This document shows positions 28,589 to 37,181 of a stretch of 64,000 bases of DNA, piece after piece; the stretch's first letter is position 1, and each line of letters opens with the position of its first letter. The DNA is from an uncultured delta proteobacterium. Lineage in GTDB: Bacteria; Myxococcota_A; Polyangia; Polyangiales; Polyangiaceae. The DNA lies in the NCBI GenBank assembly GCA_963716725.1, contig CAVQUB010000032.1:64001-128000 (forward strand), in the 5' to 3' direction. The translations under genes were made by a program, and so were the position numbers. The notes under the pieces are model-generated. The model saw only the letters and a program-made list of their open reading frames with translations. It made no database searches and was not told the origin of the DNA.

Positions 28589-29548
28589 TCAGCGCTCGAT
28601 CTTGGCGAAGGCCGGCACGCCCGCGTGCAGACGGCGCTCCGGATCCTCGATCCGGAGCCTCACGCGGATGACCAGGTTCGGGCGCTCGCGTTCGCTGAAC
28701 AGGTAGCGGGGAGTGAACTCGGTCGTCCGGGAGATGTGCTCCACTTTGGCTGCAAACGAGGCCGAGCTGGCGTCGACGCGGACGGAAGCCAGGGAGCCGA
28801 TCTTGATGCCGTCGAGCTTGCCGATCGGGACGAAGACCTCGGCGATGGGGTGGCTCGTATCACCGACCGTGATCACCGGTGCACCGGGAGCGACGACTTC
28901 GCCCGGATCGACGTGAACGTCGAGCACCACGCCGTCTTTCGGGGCCTTGAGCAGGTAGCGGTCGACCCGCCCGTCCTGCACGCTCAGGGTCTTGTCCGCC
29001 GCCTCGGCGCGCGACGAAGCGCCGGCGATCTCCTGGGAACGCGCTCCGCGTTTCAGGCCCTTGAGCTGCTGCTCGAGCCCTTGGCGATCGGCGACGGTTG
29101 CGTCGAGCTTGGTCTCGAGCTCATCGACCATCGCGCGGGAGCTCACCCCGCGCTTTTCGAGCTCGCGCTCACGGGCGAGGTTCTTGGCGAGGAGCGCCTC
29201 GGTGGCGCGCACGGCGCGGATGCGAGCTTCGACCACCCGAAGCTCCTCCGGTCGAGCGCCGGCCTTGAGCAGCGCGACCTGCGCCTTGGCGGCGTCGACC
29301 TCGGCCGAGCGTGCTTCGCGGGCTGTCTTCTCCAGCGTGGAGTCGAGGGTCGCGAGGGTCCCGGCCCCCTTCACGATGTCGCCCCGGGCAACGTCCACAC
29401 GCTCCACCCGGCCCCCGACCTCGAAGCCGAGCACGCGCTCATCGAGCTCGACCACCCCTTGGTACGCCTCCTCCGGCTCCGCCGTTGCCGAGGCGCAGCC
29501 CGCGGCAAGGAGCGAAACGGCGGCGGCCCCCGCCCAGTTATTTATCAT
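28589..29548 (-). CDS. HlyD-family membrane fusion lipoprotein
   Basis: LAAGC lipobox; biotinyl-like halves around a coiled coil; EFTP motif. Confidence 0.92.
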   Translation of the reverse strand: MINNWAGAAAVSLLAAGCASATAEPEEAYQGVVELDERVLGFEVGGRVERVDVARGDIVKGAGTLATLDSTLEKTAREARSAEVDAAKAQVALLKAGARPEELRVVEARIRAVRATEALLAKNLARERELEKRGVSSRAMVDELETKLDATVADRQGLEQQLKGLKRGARSQEIAGASSRAEAADKTLSVQDGRVDRYLLKAPKDGVVLDVHVDPGEVVAPGAPVITVGDTSHPIAEVFVPIGKLDGIKIGSLASVRVDASSASFAAKVEHISRTTEFTPRYLFSERERPNLVIRVRLRIEDPERRLHAGVPAFAKIER

Positions 29549-29583
29549 GCGACTGATAATAGTTTGGGGCATCGGATTGGCAA
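29542..29583 (-). promoter_or_regulatory. Leaderless sigma-70-type promoter with overlapping inverted repeat (putative TetR operator)
   Basis: Minus strand TTGCCA-16-TATTAT-7-ATG; inverted repeat TTATCA-N6-TGATAA at 29542-29559. Confidence 0.6.
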
Positions 29584-29629
29584 GGGGTTTCCTCTGGCGC
29601 CGGTGCCAGCAGCGCGGCGCTTGGGAGGC

Positions 29630-30277
29630 TCAGCGCTGGTGTTTTCTCGCGAGGAGCGCGCCGAACCCGGCCAGCAGCGCATCGAGGCCGAGCTCGAACT
29701 CCCGCTCGAGATCGTGGCCCGGCAGGAGCGCGGCAGCCTCCCGAACGCGCGGAAATTGCTCCGGGTTCAGCTGGCCGTAGGCGGGTCGGGAGGTTTCGCC
29801 CGGCGCGTTGGACGCGTAGCAGGCGAGGGTGTGGCCGACGACGTACGCGGCTGCGACCTGAAGCGCGCTCAGGGCTTGGCGGGTCGAGAAGCCCGCGCCG
29901 CGGAGTGAATCGAGCACGTGCTCGACGTGTGCGATCGAGGCCGGCGTCACCGCGGGCCGGGTCGCGAAGATCGGGAGCGCGTTGGGGTGGGCTCGAAGCA
30001 CGCATCGAAGCGCCCGAGCCCGGTCTCGGAGCGCGGCCTCCCAGGTCGCGGACCGCTTCGGAGCGGGCAACTCGGCCAGCACGGTTTCGAAGATGCCGTC
30101 GAGGATTGCGGCCTTGTTTGCCACGTGATTGTAGAGCGACATCGCCTCGACGCCCAGGGCTTCGCCGACGCGCCGCATCGAGATGGCGTCCAATCCTTCG
30201 CTGTCGACGATCGCCAGGGCGCTCCGCAAGATCCGCTCCCGGGACAACGCCTGGCGCTTCTTTGGGGACTTCTTCAC
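29630..30277 (-). CDS. TetR family regulator (TetR_C type)
   Basis: LSRERILRSALAIVDSEGLDAISMRRVGEALGVEAMSLYNHVANK...FELGLDALLAG. Confidence 0.95.
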   Translation of the reverse strand: MKKSPKKRQALSRERILRSALAIVDSEGLDAISMRRVGEALGVEAMSLYNHVANKAAILDGIFETVLAELPAPKRSATWEAALRDRARALRCVLRAHPNALPIFATRPAVTPASIAHVEHVLDSLRGAGFSTRQALSALQVAAAYVVGHTLACYASNAPGETSRPAYGQLNPEQFPRVREAAALLPGHDLEREFELGLDALLAGFGALLARKHQR

Positions 30278-30286
30278 CGCGGGACC

Positions 30287-30321
30287 TTGACGGGCTTACG
30301 ACATAAACTTACACTGTAAGT
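30287..30321 (+). promoter_or_regulatory. Sigma-70-type promoter overlapped by a perfect palindrome (putative TetR operator)
   Basis: TTGACG(30287)-17-TACACT(30310); ACTTACA-C-TGTAAGT at 30307-30321. Confidence 0.75.
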
Positions 30322-30325
30322 CAAG

Positions 30326-31198
30326 ATGTGGATCCGAGAACGTGAAGCAACCAGCGAGCTTCGGCATTTGCACCAGGGGCCGGCGCCCGACGCCGGTCGA
30401 CTGCGCGCTTGGGTCGAGCGCTTGGCCGTCCCGCGCCACGTCTTCGCCAACGCCCGCAGCAACCGCTGGGTTCGCGACGAGCTCGCGGCCGAGTTCGAGC
30501 GAAGCGGCCTGTGCGTGCGGCTGCAAGGCCGCTACCAGAACGTGGTGGCATTGCCGATGCGCCGCGCCGGCGAGCCGGTCACCTTGGTTGCGGCCCACTA
30601 CGACAGCGTGCCCGACTGCCCGGGTGCTGACGACAACGCGAGCGGGCTGGCAGTAATGCTCGAGTGCGCCCGCGTGCTGCGCGAGGCAGCCGCTCAGCCC
30701 ATTGGATTTGTCGCATTCAACGCCGAAGAGGACGGTCTGCTCGGCAGTCGGGAGTTTCTGAACGACGGTCTGGCGGAGCTGGGCGTGGAGGTGCGCCTGG
30801 CGCACGTGCTCGAGATGGTCGGATTTCGGTGTTCGACAGCCCAGCAACAGCTCCCGATCCCGTGGGCTCCGGCGAGCCTGAGGGTCCCCGACTTCATCGG
30901 CATGGTCAGTAACGGAGCCTCGAACGCCACCGTCGACCGCGCGGTGCGCTCGAGGGCCGGCCGCGGCCTGCGCCTGGTGGCGGCCAAGACCTGGGGGCCG
31001 CTCCACCGGGTCTTCCCAGATCTGACCCGCAGCGATCACTTCCCCTTCTGGAACGCTGGGCTTTCCGCCGTGCTCTGGACGGACACCGGGAATTTCCGGA
31101 ACCCGAACTATCACCGAGCGACCGACACGCCCGACACGCTCGACTACGGGTTCATGCGAGAGGTCGCGGAGCTCATTTGTGCGCTTGCGAGCGAATGA
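30326..31198 (+). CDS. M28 family metallopeptidase
   Basis: AHYDS, GADDNASG, FNAEEDG, LEMVG, SDH.PFW, YH..TD. Confidence 0.93.
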   Translation: MWIREREATSELRHLHQGPAPDAGRLRAWVERLAVPRHVFANARSNRWVRDELAAEFERSGLCVRLQGRYQNVVALPMRRAGEPVTLVAAHYDSVPDCPGADDNASGLAVMLECARVLREAAAQPIGFVAFNAEEDGLLGSREFLNDGLAELGVEVRLAHVLEMVGFRCSTAQQQLPIPWAPASLRVPDFIGMVSNGASNATVDRAVRSRAGRGLRLVAAKTWGPLHRVFPDLTRSDHFPFWNAGLSAVLWTDTGNFRNPNYHRATDTPDTLDYGFMREVAELICALASE

Positions 31199-31261
31199 CT
31201 CCCGCCGCGAGGCCGTGACGACTCGTGCTAGGATGGGCGCCGTGACCGACGACAGCGCCGA

Positions 31262-32149
31262 ATGAGCCACGACCACCTCGACCGTCGAAGCGTGATCGCC
31301 GCTGCGCTGGCAGCTGCCTGTTCGCCGCGAACGCCACGGGTGCGAGAAGCCGAACCGCCGGCGGAAGTAGACCTCTTCGCCCGGGTGGAGGCCGACCTCG
31401 GCGGACGCCTCGGCGTGTTTGCGTTGGACACCGGCAGTGGCCGACAGCTCGCGCGACGAGCCGACGAGCGATTTGCCATGTGCTCGACCTTCAAGTGGGC
31501 ATTGGCGGCGGCCGTGTTGGCGCGGGTCGACGAGGGCGAGCTGGCGCTCGATCGTCAGCTTGCCTTCGGCGAGGCCGATCTCTTGGAGTATGCGCCGATG
31601 ACGCGCGCGGCCGTGGCTCGCGGCCAGATGAGCGTCGAGGAGCTCGCAGCTGCGGCCGTGACCGTGAGCGACAACACCGCGGCCAATCTCCTGCTCCCGC
31701 TGGTGGGAGGCCCGCAGGGGCTGACGGCGTTCTTTCGGCAGCTCGGCGACCGCGTGACTCGGTTGGATCGCAACGAGCCGACCCTGAACACCAATCTCCC
31801 CCGCGACGCGCGCGACACCACGTCGCCCCGAGCGATGGTGAGCTCGCTGCGCGCAGTGATCAGTGGCGCGGGGCTGAAGCCTGCAAATCGCGAGCGCTTG
31901 CTTGGCTGGTTGCTGAGTTCCACCACAGGTCGCAACCGACTGCGCGCCGGACTGCCCCCGAGCTGGATCGCGGCTGACAAGACGGGGACCTGCAGCCGCG
32001 GCGCGGCAAATGACGTCGCCGTCGTCTGGCCGCCCGGGCGGCCCCCCATCTTGATTGCGGCCTATTCGAGCGATTCGACAAGGGCGCTGGCGCAGCTCGA
32101 TGCCGCCCACGCCGAGATCGGTCGCCTCATCGCGGTCGCGTTCGGCTGA
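31262..32149 (+). CDS. bla: Class A serine beta-lactamase with Tat-type lipoprotein signal
   Basis: ERFAMCSTFK (SxxK), SDN, RNEPTLN (Glu166), RDTTSP, DKTG; DRRSVI...AAAC leader. Confidence 0.95.
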   Translation: MSHDHLDRRSVIAAALAAACSPRTPRVREAEPPAEVDLFARVEADLGGRLGVFALDTGSGRQLARRADERFAMCSTFKWALAAAVLARVDEGELALDRQLAFGEADLLEYAPMTRAAVARGQMSVEELAAAAVTVSDNTAANLLLPLVGGPQGLTAFFRQLGDRVTRLDRNEPTLNTNLPRDARDTTSPRAMVSSLRAVISGAGLKPANRERLLGWLLSSTTGRNRLRAGLPPSWIAADKTGTCSRGAANDVAVVWPPGRPPILIAAYSSDSTRALAQLDAAHAEIGRLIAVAFG

Positions 32150-32228
32150 GCGGCTTTCGCACCGCGCGGCGAGGTGCTGACCGCTGCCTCCGCTGCTAGA
32201 GTCAGCGGCGTGAGCCTCTTGGGCTCGA

Positions 32229-34763
32229 TCAATCCGGCGATGACGGCCGATCCGCCGCGGCGATTGGCTCGGCGTCGGCGGATTCGCTCGAGTCGGACTC
32301 ACCGGAGCTCGGAGTGGTCTCGGTGTCGGGCGGGCTCGCGCCCGGATCGACATCCTCGGCGGGAGGCGCGTCCGCAGAGACGGGATCTTCGGCTGCCGCC
32401 TCCTCCGCGCTCGGACTGGGTTCTTCGGCGGGTGCGGGGGGCGCGGAGTCCGGGGGCACGCCGACGGGCGCGAGCTGCCGCGCCAAGCCGAAGTCGCTGG
32501 CGAGGGTCACCAAGAGCAGCGCCGCGGTACAGACCACGATCAGCGCGCTCGAGAAATAGAAGTGCAGGCCCAGGTCCTTCTCGATGGCGACGAAGTACTG
32601 AGCCGCGCACATGCCCAGGAGCGCGATCCACAGGCCTCCGCCGGCGGGCTTCATCGGCCAGAGCGCGCCGCCCTTCTTGGAGTCGTTCAGCTCCACGGCC
32701 AGCATGGGCAGGACGAAGATGAAGTGGGCGTAGTAGTTCGCCGGATGAAACACGATGGGGATCATCAGCGTGCCGAGCGTGGCGGCGAGCGCGATGTTCT
32801 TACGGCGGCCGCCGACGGCGACCATCACCGCAAACAGGATGATGCCCGCCGCGAAGAGGCTGGAACGCGCCGCGAGAACGCGGTTGTGGATGCCGTCCGG
32901 TCCGCCAATCAGCGCACGCAGACTCACGTGGTTGACGTGCGGATCCCGGTGCAGCATCCCGACCTTGTGCAGCCACTCGGGCCACGATCGGAAGCCGAAG
33001 AGGGCCGATGAGGCCAGGAACAAGACGACGCCGGTGATCAAGGCACCGAGGGCGACCTTCAGGATCGGCATCTGGTGCTGCTTGATGATCGCGATGCTGG
33101 GCAGCCGTTTGTTCGCGACGATATGTTCGCCGAACCACCAAATTGCCGGCAAGGCCGCGCCCACGAGGGCGAAGAACGGGAAGGCGCGGATCAGGCCCGA
33201 GAGCATGAGCAGCGCGCCGGCGAGCATCCACTTTTCGAGTTTGAGCAGGGCGATTCCGATGGCCAGGTACGCGAGCCAGTCGTGTCTCAGCGTCGCGCCG
33301 GCCCAACAGGTGCCGAACATGTAGAAGTCATTGGCTCCGAACACGATGGCGCAGATCAAAGCCGTGCGGACGCCAAACGCGCGCCAGACCAAGCCCAAGG
33401 CGATGATCATCAGGATGGGGTCGAGCATCGCGGTGATGGTCAGCGTGGTGTTCGACGCCCAGGCGTTTCTGAACAGAGCATGCCCAAAGAGGAACCACAC
33501 CGGTGTCGCGTTGCCCCCGTGGTCGCTCATGCTGCCCAGGTAGTCGCGCACCCCCATGTTCTCGCGGAAGTAGCGCATGTCGCGCTTGAAGTCCTCCCAG
33601 CGCTGGGGCGAAAACCGACTCTGGACCTCCTTGATGTCGGCCATCGAGTCGCCGACGCTCTGCATGCGGTGCGTGCGCAAGCTGCGGAGTTGCTGATTGC
33701 GCAAGGACTCGAGGGTGACGCTCTTGTCGTCGTCGACGTAGGCCGCGACGCTCCCGAGGTAGAGCCCATCGAAGCGCAGTTCCTTGAAGTACTTCGCGAT
33801 GGGGAAGTACACGCGCATGTCGAAATTGTGGACGAAGCCCGGACGCCCGTTCTGATAGTCGTGAAACTGCGGGTGCCCGAGGTTGTAGAAGGCTCCGATG
33901 GAGAGGGCGGCGCAGACGCCGAAGGCCCCAATCGTGACGCGACGGTTGGCCAGGAGCTTGGCCGGCGCGAAGACCTCTCGCACCACGACCAAAGCCCCGA
34001 CTGCCGCCACCACGCCGCGAACCAGGGCAACTTCCCGCGTGCTCGGCGGCCAGGCGATGGAGAGCGCACGCCAGAGGTCGAAGCCCGCGGCCGCGGGCAC
34101 GAGCAGCAGCAGCAACGTCCACCAGATCGGCGCGCCCTTCCAGGTGAAGATCACCAAGATGGACAGCGCGAGACCGAAGGCGAGGATCTTGTTGCGGAGG
34201 ACCTCGTCGGGCGGGATCGAGTCTTTGACGGTGGGCTTGGGCGGCCAAGTGCCGGGCGTCTGCGAGAAGACCTGGAACTCGGAGAGCGCGTAGGAGCCGT
34301 CGCCGCCAGTCGCGCTCACACGGACGTAGCGCGCGGTCTCCTTCAAACCGTCGGCGAATCGCGGTTGAAGCCCGCCGCCACCGACCGGGCGTCCCTCCCA
34401 GAGTGGGCGATACGTCTGACCGTCGTCCGAGACGCTGACGTTGTACGAGTCGTTGTCGTCCCCGGTCAGGTACAGGGCAGCGATGGAGGTGGGTTGACCC
34501 AAGTCCCACTCGGCGAACGCCGTCGACGACGAGAAGATCGTCGTGAGCTCGCTCTTCCAGGAGTCGCCTCGCGGGGCGATCACGTTGTCCGTCAGTCGGA
34601 CTTCTCGGCGCAGTCCGCTGTGGTTCGTCGGGAGCTTCCCGTGGATCACGCTTTCGCTCGCGTTGCCGAATCCGAAGCTGCTCGCTGCGCGCTTGCACCC
34701 CGGGAGAAACACCGCGACCAGGACGAGCACGAGCCCCAAGAGGAGCGCCAGTTTCTTCTTCAC
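32229..34763 (-). CDS. Multi-pass membrane protein with N-terminal discoidin/F5-8-like domain and GT-C-like (GT87/DUF2029-like) membrane region
   Basis: AEWDLGQ..SI..L...YNVSVSDDG...TARYVRV...SEFQVF; more than 10 hydrophobic segments; acidic tail. Start uncertain. Confidence 0.65.
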   Translation of the reverse strand: MKKKLALLLGLVLVLVAVFLPGCKRAASSFGFGNASESVIHGKLPTNHSGLRREVRLTDNVIAPRGDSWKSELTTIFSSSTAFAEWDLGQPTSIAALYLTGDDNDSYNVSVSDDGQTYRPLWEGRPVGGGGLQPRFADGLKETARYVRVSATGGDGSYALSEFQVFSQTPGTWPPKPTVKDSIPPDEVLRNKILAFGLALSILVIFTWKGAPIWWTLLLLLVPAAAGFDLWRALSIAWPPSTREVALVRGVVAAVGALVVVREVFAPAKLLANRRVTIGAFGVCAALSIGAFYNLGHPQFHDYQNGRPGFVHNFDMRVYFPIAKYFKELRFDGLYLGSVAAYVDDDKSVTLESLRNQQLRSLRTHRMQSVGDSMADIKEVQSRFSPQRWEDFKRDMRYFRENMGVRDYLGSMSDHGGNATPVWFLFGHALFRNAWASNTTLTITAMLDPILMIIALGLVWRAFGVRTALICAIVFGANDFYMFGTCWAGATLRHDWLAYLAIGIALLKLEKWMLAGALLMLSGLIRAFPFFALVGAALPAIWWFGEHIVANKRLPSIAIIKQHQMPILKVALGALITGVVLFLASSALFGFRSWPEWLHKVGMLHRDPHVNHVSLRALIGGPDGIHNRVLAARSSLFAAGIILFAVMVAVGGRRKNIALAATLGTLMIPIVFHPANYYAHFIFVLPMLAVELNDSKKGGALWPMKPAGGGLWIALLGMCAAQYFVAIEKDLGLHFYFSSALIVVCTAALLLVTLASDFGLARQLAPVGVPPDSAPPAPAEEPSPSAEEAAAEDPVSADAPPAEDVDPGASPPDTETTPSSGESDSSESADAEPIAAADRPSSPD

Positions 34764-34883
34764 GTCGACCAACCCAGTCCGCCGTTCTGCCTCAGCGAGC
34801 ACCACGACCCGCTCGAGGACGCGCGAGGATAGCAGCGACCCCCGTCCCGCCAAGCCTTCTCGCCAAGACGGAGCTTTTCGGCG

Positions 34884-35888
34884 CTACTCGTAGTTTCCGC
34901 CAGGGATTTTCGGGCCCTTGTGCACGAGCACGCCGTTCACCAGCGGCAGAGCCATGATGTTGCCGCCCGCGGCCCAGACTCCGCCCTTGGGGTCGATCCA
35001 GACCGAGTGGAAGTCTCCGAACACGTCGAACCCGAGTGGCTCGTCGACCCAGGAGCCGCTCTTCCGTCGCATCACGCTGCCTCCCGTGCCCGCCGCGTAC
35101 CCGTCGTCGCCGCGCGTGCGGATGCCGATCATGGCGTGGGTGGGCGGCGGGGGGCTCGCGTCCTGCCAAGTACCTGCCGTGTCCTCGAGGATCACCGCTT
35201 GGCTCATGCCGCCGACCGCGGTGTAGCGCCCGCCCGGCTCGGCGAAGAGCGTCAGCAGGCGACGGTTCGTCGGCGAGTCGATCTGCTGAAACCCCTTGCC
35301 GTCATAGTGGACGATGGCGCCGTCCATGCCGACGAAGCGCACGTCGTCCGCGGCGCGCCCCCAGACCTTGAACCACGAAGCGATGGGCACGCTCGGGAAG
35401 TCACTGGGCGCGCTCCAGGTGGTGCCATCGAAGCGCCAAACGAATGCTTTTCCCGACTTCGCTGGGTCGCCGCCGACTGCCCAGAGATCATCCGCGGCCA
35501 TGCCCCAGATCCCGAACACCGTGGCGGTGTCGGGCGTTGGCAGCTTTTCGAAGGTGTCGTTCTGATATCGGAGGATGGTGCCGCCGCTGCCGCCGAAGAA
35601 CACGGGGCCGCCAGGGACCGGGTGGACCCACCACAGGTCCACCTGGTGGCCCGTGGGCTTGCGCGCCCACTTGCCGTCGAAATGCAGCACGAAGGCGCCG
35701 CTGCCGTCCCCCGGGTTTCCGCCAACCGCCCACACGTCGTCGTGTGCAGTGCCCGAGACGCTGATCAGGGCGCCGGGCAGCGAGTCGAAGGTCTGCACCC
35801 ATTTGTTCGGGTCGTGTTCGACTTTCGTGCCGTCGTCGTTGCCGCAAGCGGCGAGCATCAGGGCTGCGAAGATCAGGGGCCGGCGCAT
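34884..35888 (-). CDS. Lipoprotein with repeated beta-propeller-like units
   Basis: LAAC lipobox; repeats of VWG...DVWAVG...G.I.HFDG..W. Confidence 0.8.
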   Translation of the reverse strand: MRRPLIFAALMLAACGNDDGTKVEHDPNKWVQTFDSLPGALISVSGTAHDDVWAVGGNPGDGSGAFVLHFDGKWARKPTGHQVDLWWVHPVPGGPVFFGGSGGTILRYQNDTFEKLPTPDTATVFGIWGMAADDLWAVGGDPAKSGKAFVWRFDGTTWSAPSDFPSVPIASWFKVWGRAADDVRFVGMDGAIVHYDGKGFQQIDSPTNRRLLTLFAEPGGRYTAVGGMSQAVILEDTAGTWQDASPPPPTHAMIGIRTRGDDGYAAGTGGSVMRRKSGSWVDEPLGFDVFGDFHSVWIDPKGGVWAAGGNIMALPLVNGVLVHKGPKIPGGNYE

Positions 35889-35897
35889 GGGAGAAAG

Positions 35898-36791
35898 CTA
35901 GCCCATTTTCTGGTCGTCGGAGCCGGGGTTTCGTCCGAGCAGCGCCCCGCACTCTGCTTCACGCCCACGCACCACGCGCCGGCCTGCGAGGGGCCCGCGC
36001 ACTTCGGTCACCACCGTGCACTGTCCTTCGTGACCGTTCTCCTCGTAGAAGAGGATGACCCAGTCACCGGTCTTTCCCAGCTCATGGGCACGAGCCGTGT
36101 TGGAGTGGAGCGCGGTGAAGTTCCAGCTGCCGCGCGTGGTGTGCAGGATGGAGAGCCACGCCTTGCCCTCCGCGTTGAAGCGGCGCGGTGCGATTCTCGG
36201 CAACTCCTCGCGTTTGTTCCGCGTTCGGTATTCATCGTCCACGTCCAGCAGCAATTCGACGCTCGGCGTGTCCCCGGCGGGCTCGGACGACGGAATGAAT
36301 CGCGCGCGCCGCCGAGCTGAGCGCGAGAGCCGGGCGGCCAGCAGATCCCGGAGCGCTTGGACCCGGCGGCGCCCAAAGCCAGGGACCGCCTCCAGCCGAC
36401 CGTCGTGGGCGCAGAGTTCGAGCTGCTCGAGCGTCTCGATGTCGAGCACCTGGTGCAGTCGCTGCGCCAGCGCGTCACCGATCCCCGGCAAGGTGGTGAA
36501 CAGGTCTTCGGGCGAGATCTGCCCCCGGAGGCGTTCGAGCAGCGCGATGCGTCCGGAGTAAACCAGCTCGCCGATCGAGGTCGCGATGCTCTTGCCGATG
36601 GCTGGCAGCTCCGCGAGAGCCTCGGGACCGTCGGCTTCCACGATCTCTGCCAGCGGCCGCGCGCTCTTCCTGGCGGTATCGCCGGCGCGGCGATAGGCGC
36701 GCACGCGGAAGGCGTCGCCCCCCTGAGCGGCGAGGAGATCGGCAATTTGATCGAGCGTGTCTGCGATTTCGCGGTTGCCCGGCGCCCTCAC
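35898..36791 (-). CDS. Helix-hairpin-helix protein resembling the PolX N-terminus, without polymerase core
   Basis: NREIA..L..IADLL...FRVRAYRRA, LPAIGKSIA, LPGIG, VPGFG. Confidence 0.85.
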   Translation of the reverse strand: MRAPGNREIADTLDQIADLLAAQGGDAFRVRAYRRAGDTARKSARPLAEIVEADGPEALAELPAIGKSIATSIGELVYSGRIALLERLRGQISPEDLFTTLPGIGDALAQRLHQVLDIETLEQLELCAHDGRLEAVPGFGRRRVQALRDLLAARLSRSARRRARFIPSSEPAGDTPSVELLLDVDDEYRTRNKREELPRIAPRRFNAEGKAWLSILHTTRGSWNFTALHSNTARAHELGKTGDWVILFYEENGHEGQCTVVTEVRGPLAGRRVVRGREAECGALLGRNPGSDDQKMG

Positions 36792-37123
36792 TTGCCGCGG
36801 GTGGCGCGGGCCTTCGGGGACGTCGTGGCTCGGGTTTGGCGACGCTTCAGGTTCGAGTCGGGCTTGGAGCGGTTCGAGCTGCCACGAGTCGACTTACGCG
36901 AGGCCTGTCCGGTTGCCGAGTCTTCCAGCTTGAAGGACGCCTTGGTGTCGGCCCGCTTCGAGACATTCCGCGTTCCGGCGCGACCTTGGCCCACCTTCTT
37001 GTCCGTCGCGCTCACGCCGGGCAGCGAGGTGTCGACGCTCGCGGGTTTCTTCTTCTTGGGTGCCGCCGTCTTCTTCTTTGGGCGAACGGCGTCACGGTGG
37101 AATTTGGCGGCCTTCCTCAACAT
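36788..37123 (-). CDS. Small highly basic Lys/Arg/Ser/Thr-rich protein
   Basis: 111 aa; TGA overlaps ATG of the HhH gene; leaderless -10 box upstream. Confidence 0.75.
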   Translation of the reverse strand: MLRKAAKFHRDAVRPKKKTAAPKKKKPASVDTSLPGVSATDKKVGQGRAGTRNVSKRADTKASFKLEDSATGQASRKSTRGSSNRSKPDSNLKRRQTRATTSPKARATRGK

Positions 37124-37181
37124 GGGTCCGAGGCTAGCCGAGCCCGCGGGAATGAGCGAAGGGTTTTGGTGGGCTCTGGCG

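Noticed and set aside
30296..32353. 685-aa minus-strand ORF
   Set aside because: Antisense to the M28 peptidase and beta-lactamase; no motifs
35898..36791. Functional DNA polymerase X
   Set aside because: No GSxRR/DxD palm motif or PHP domain
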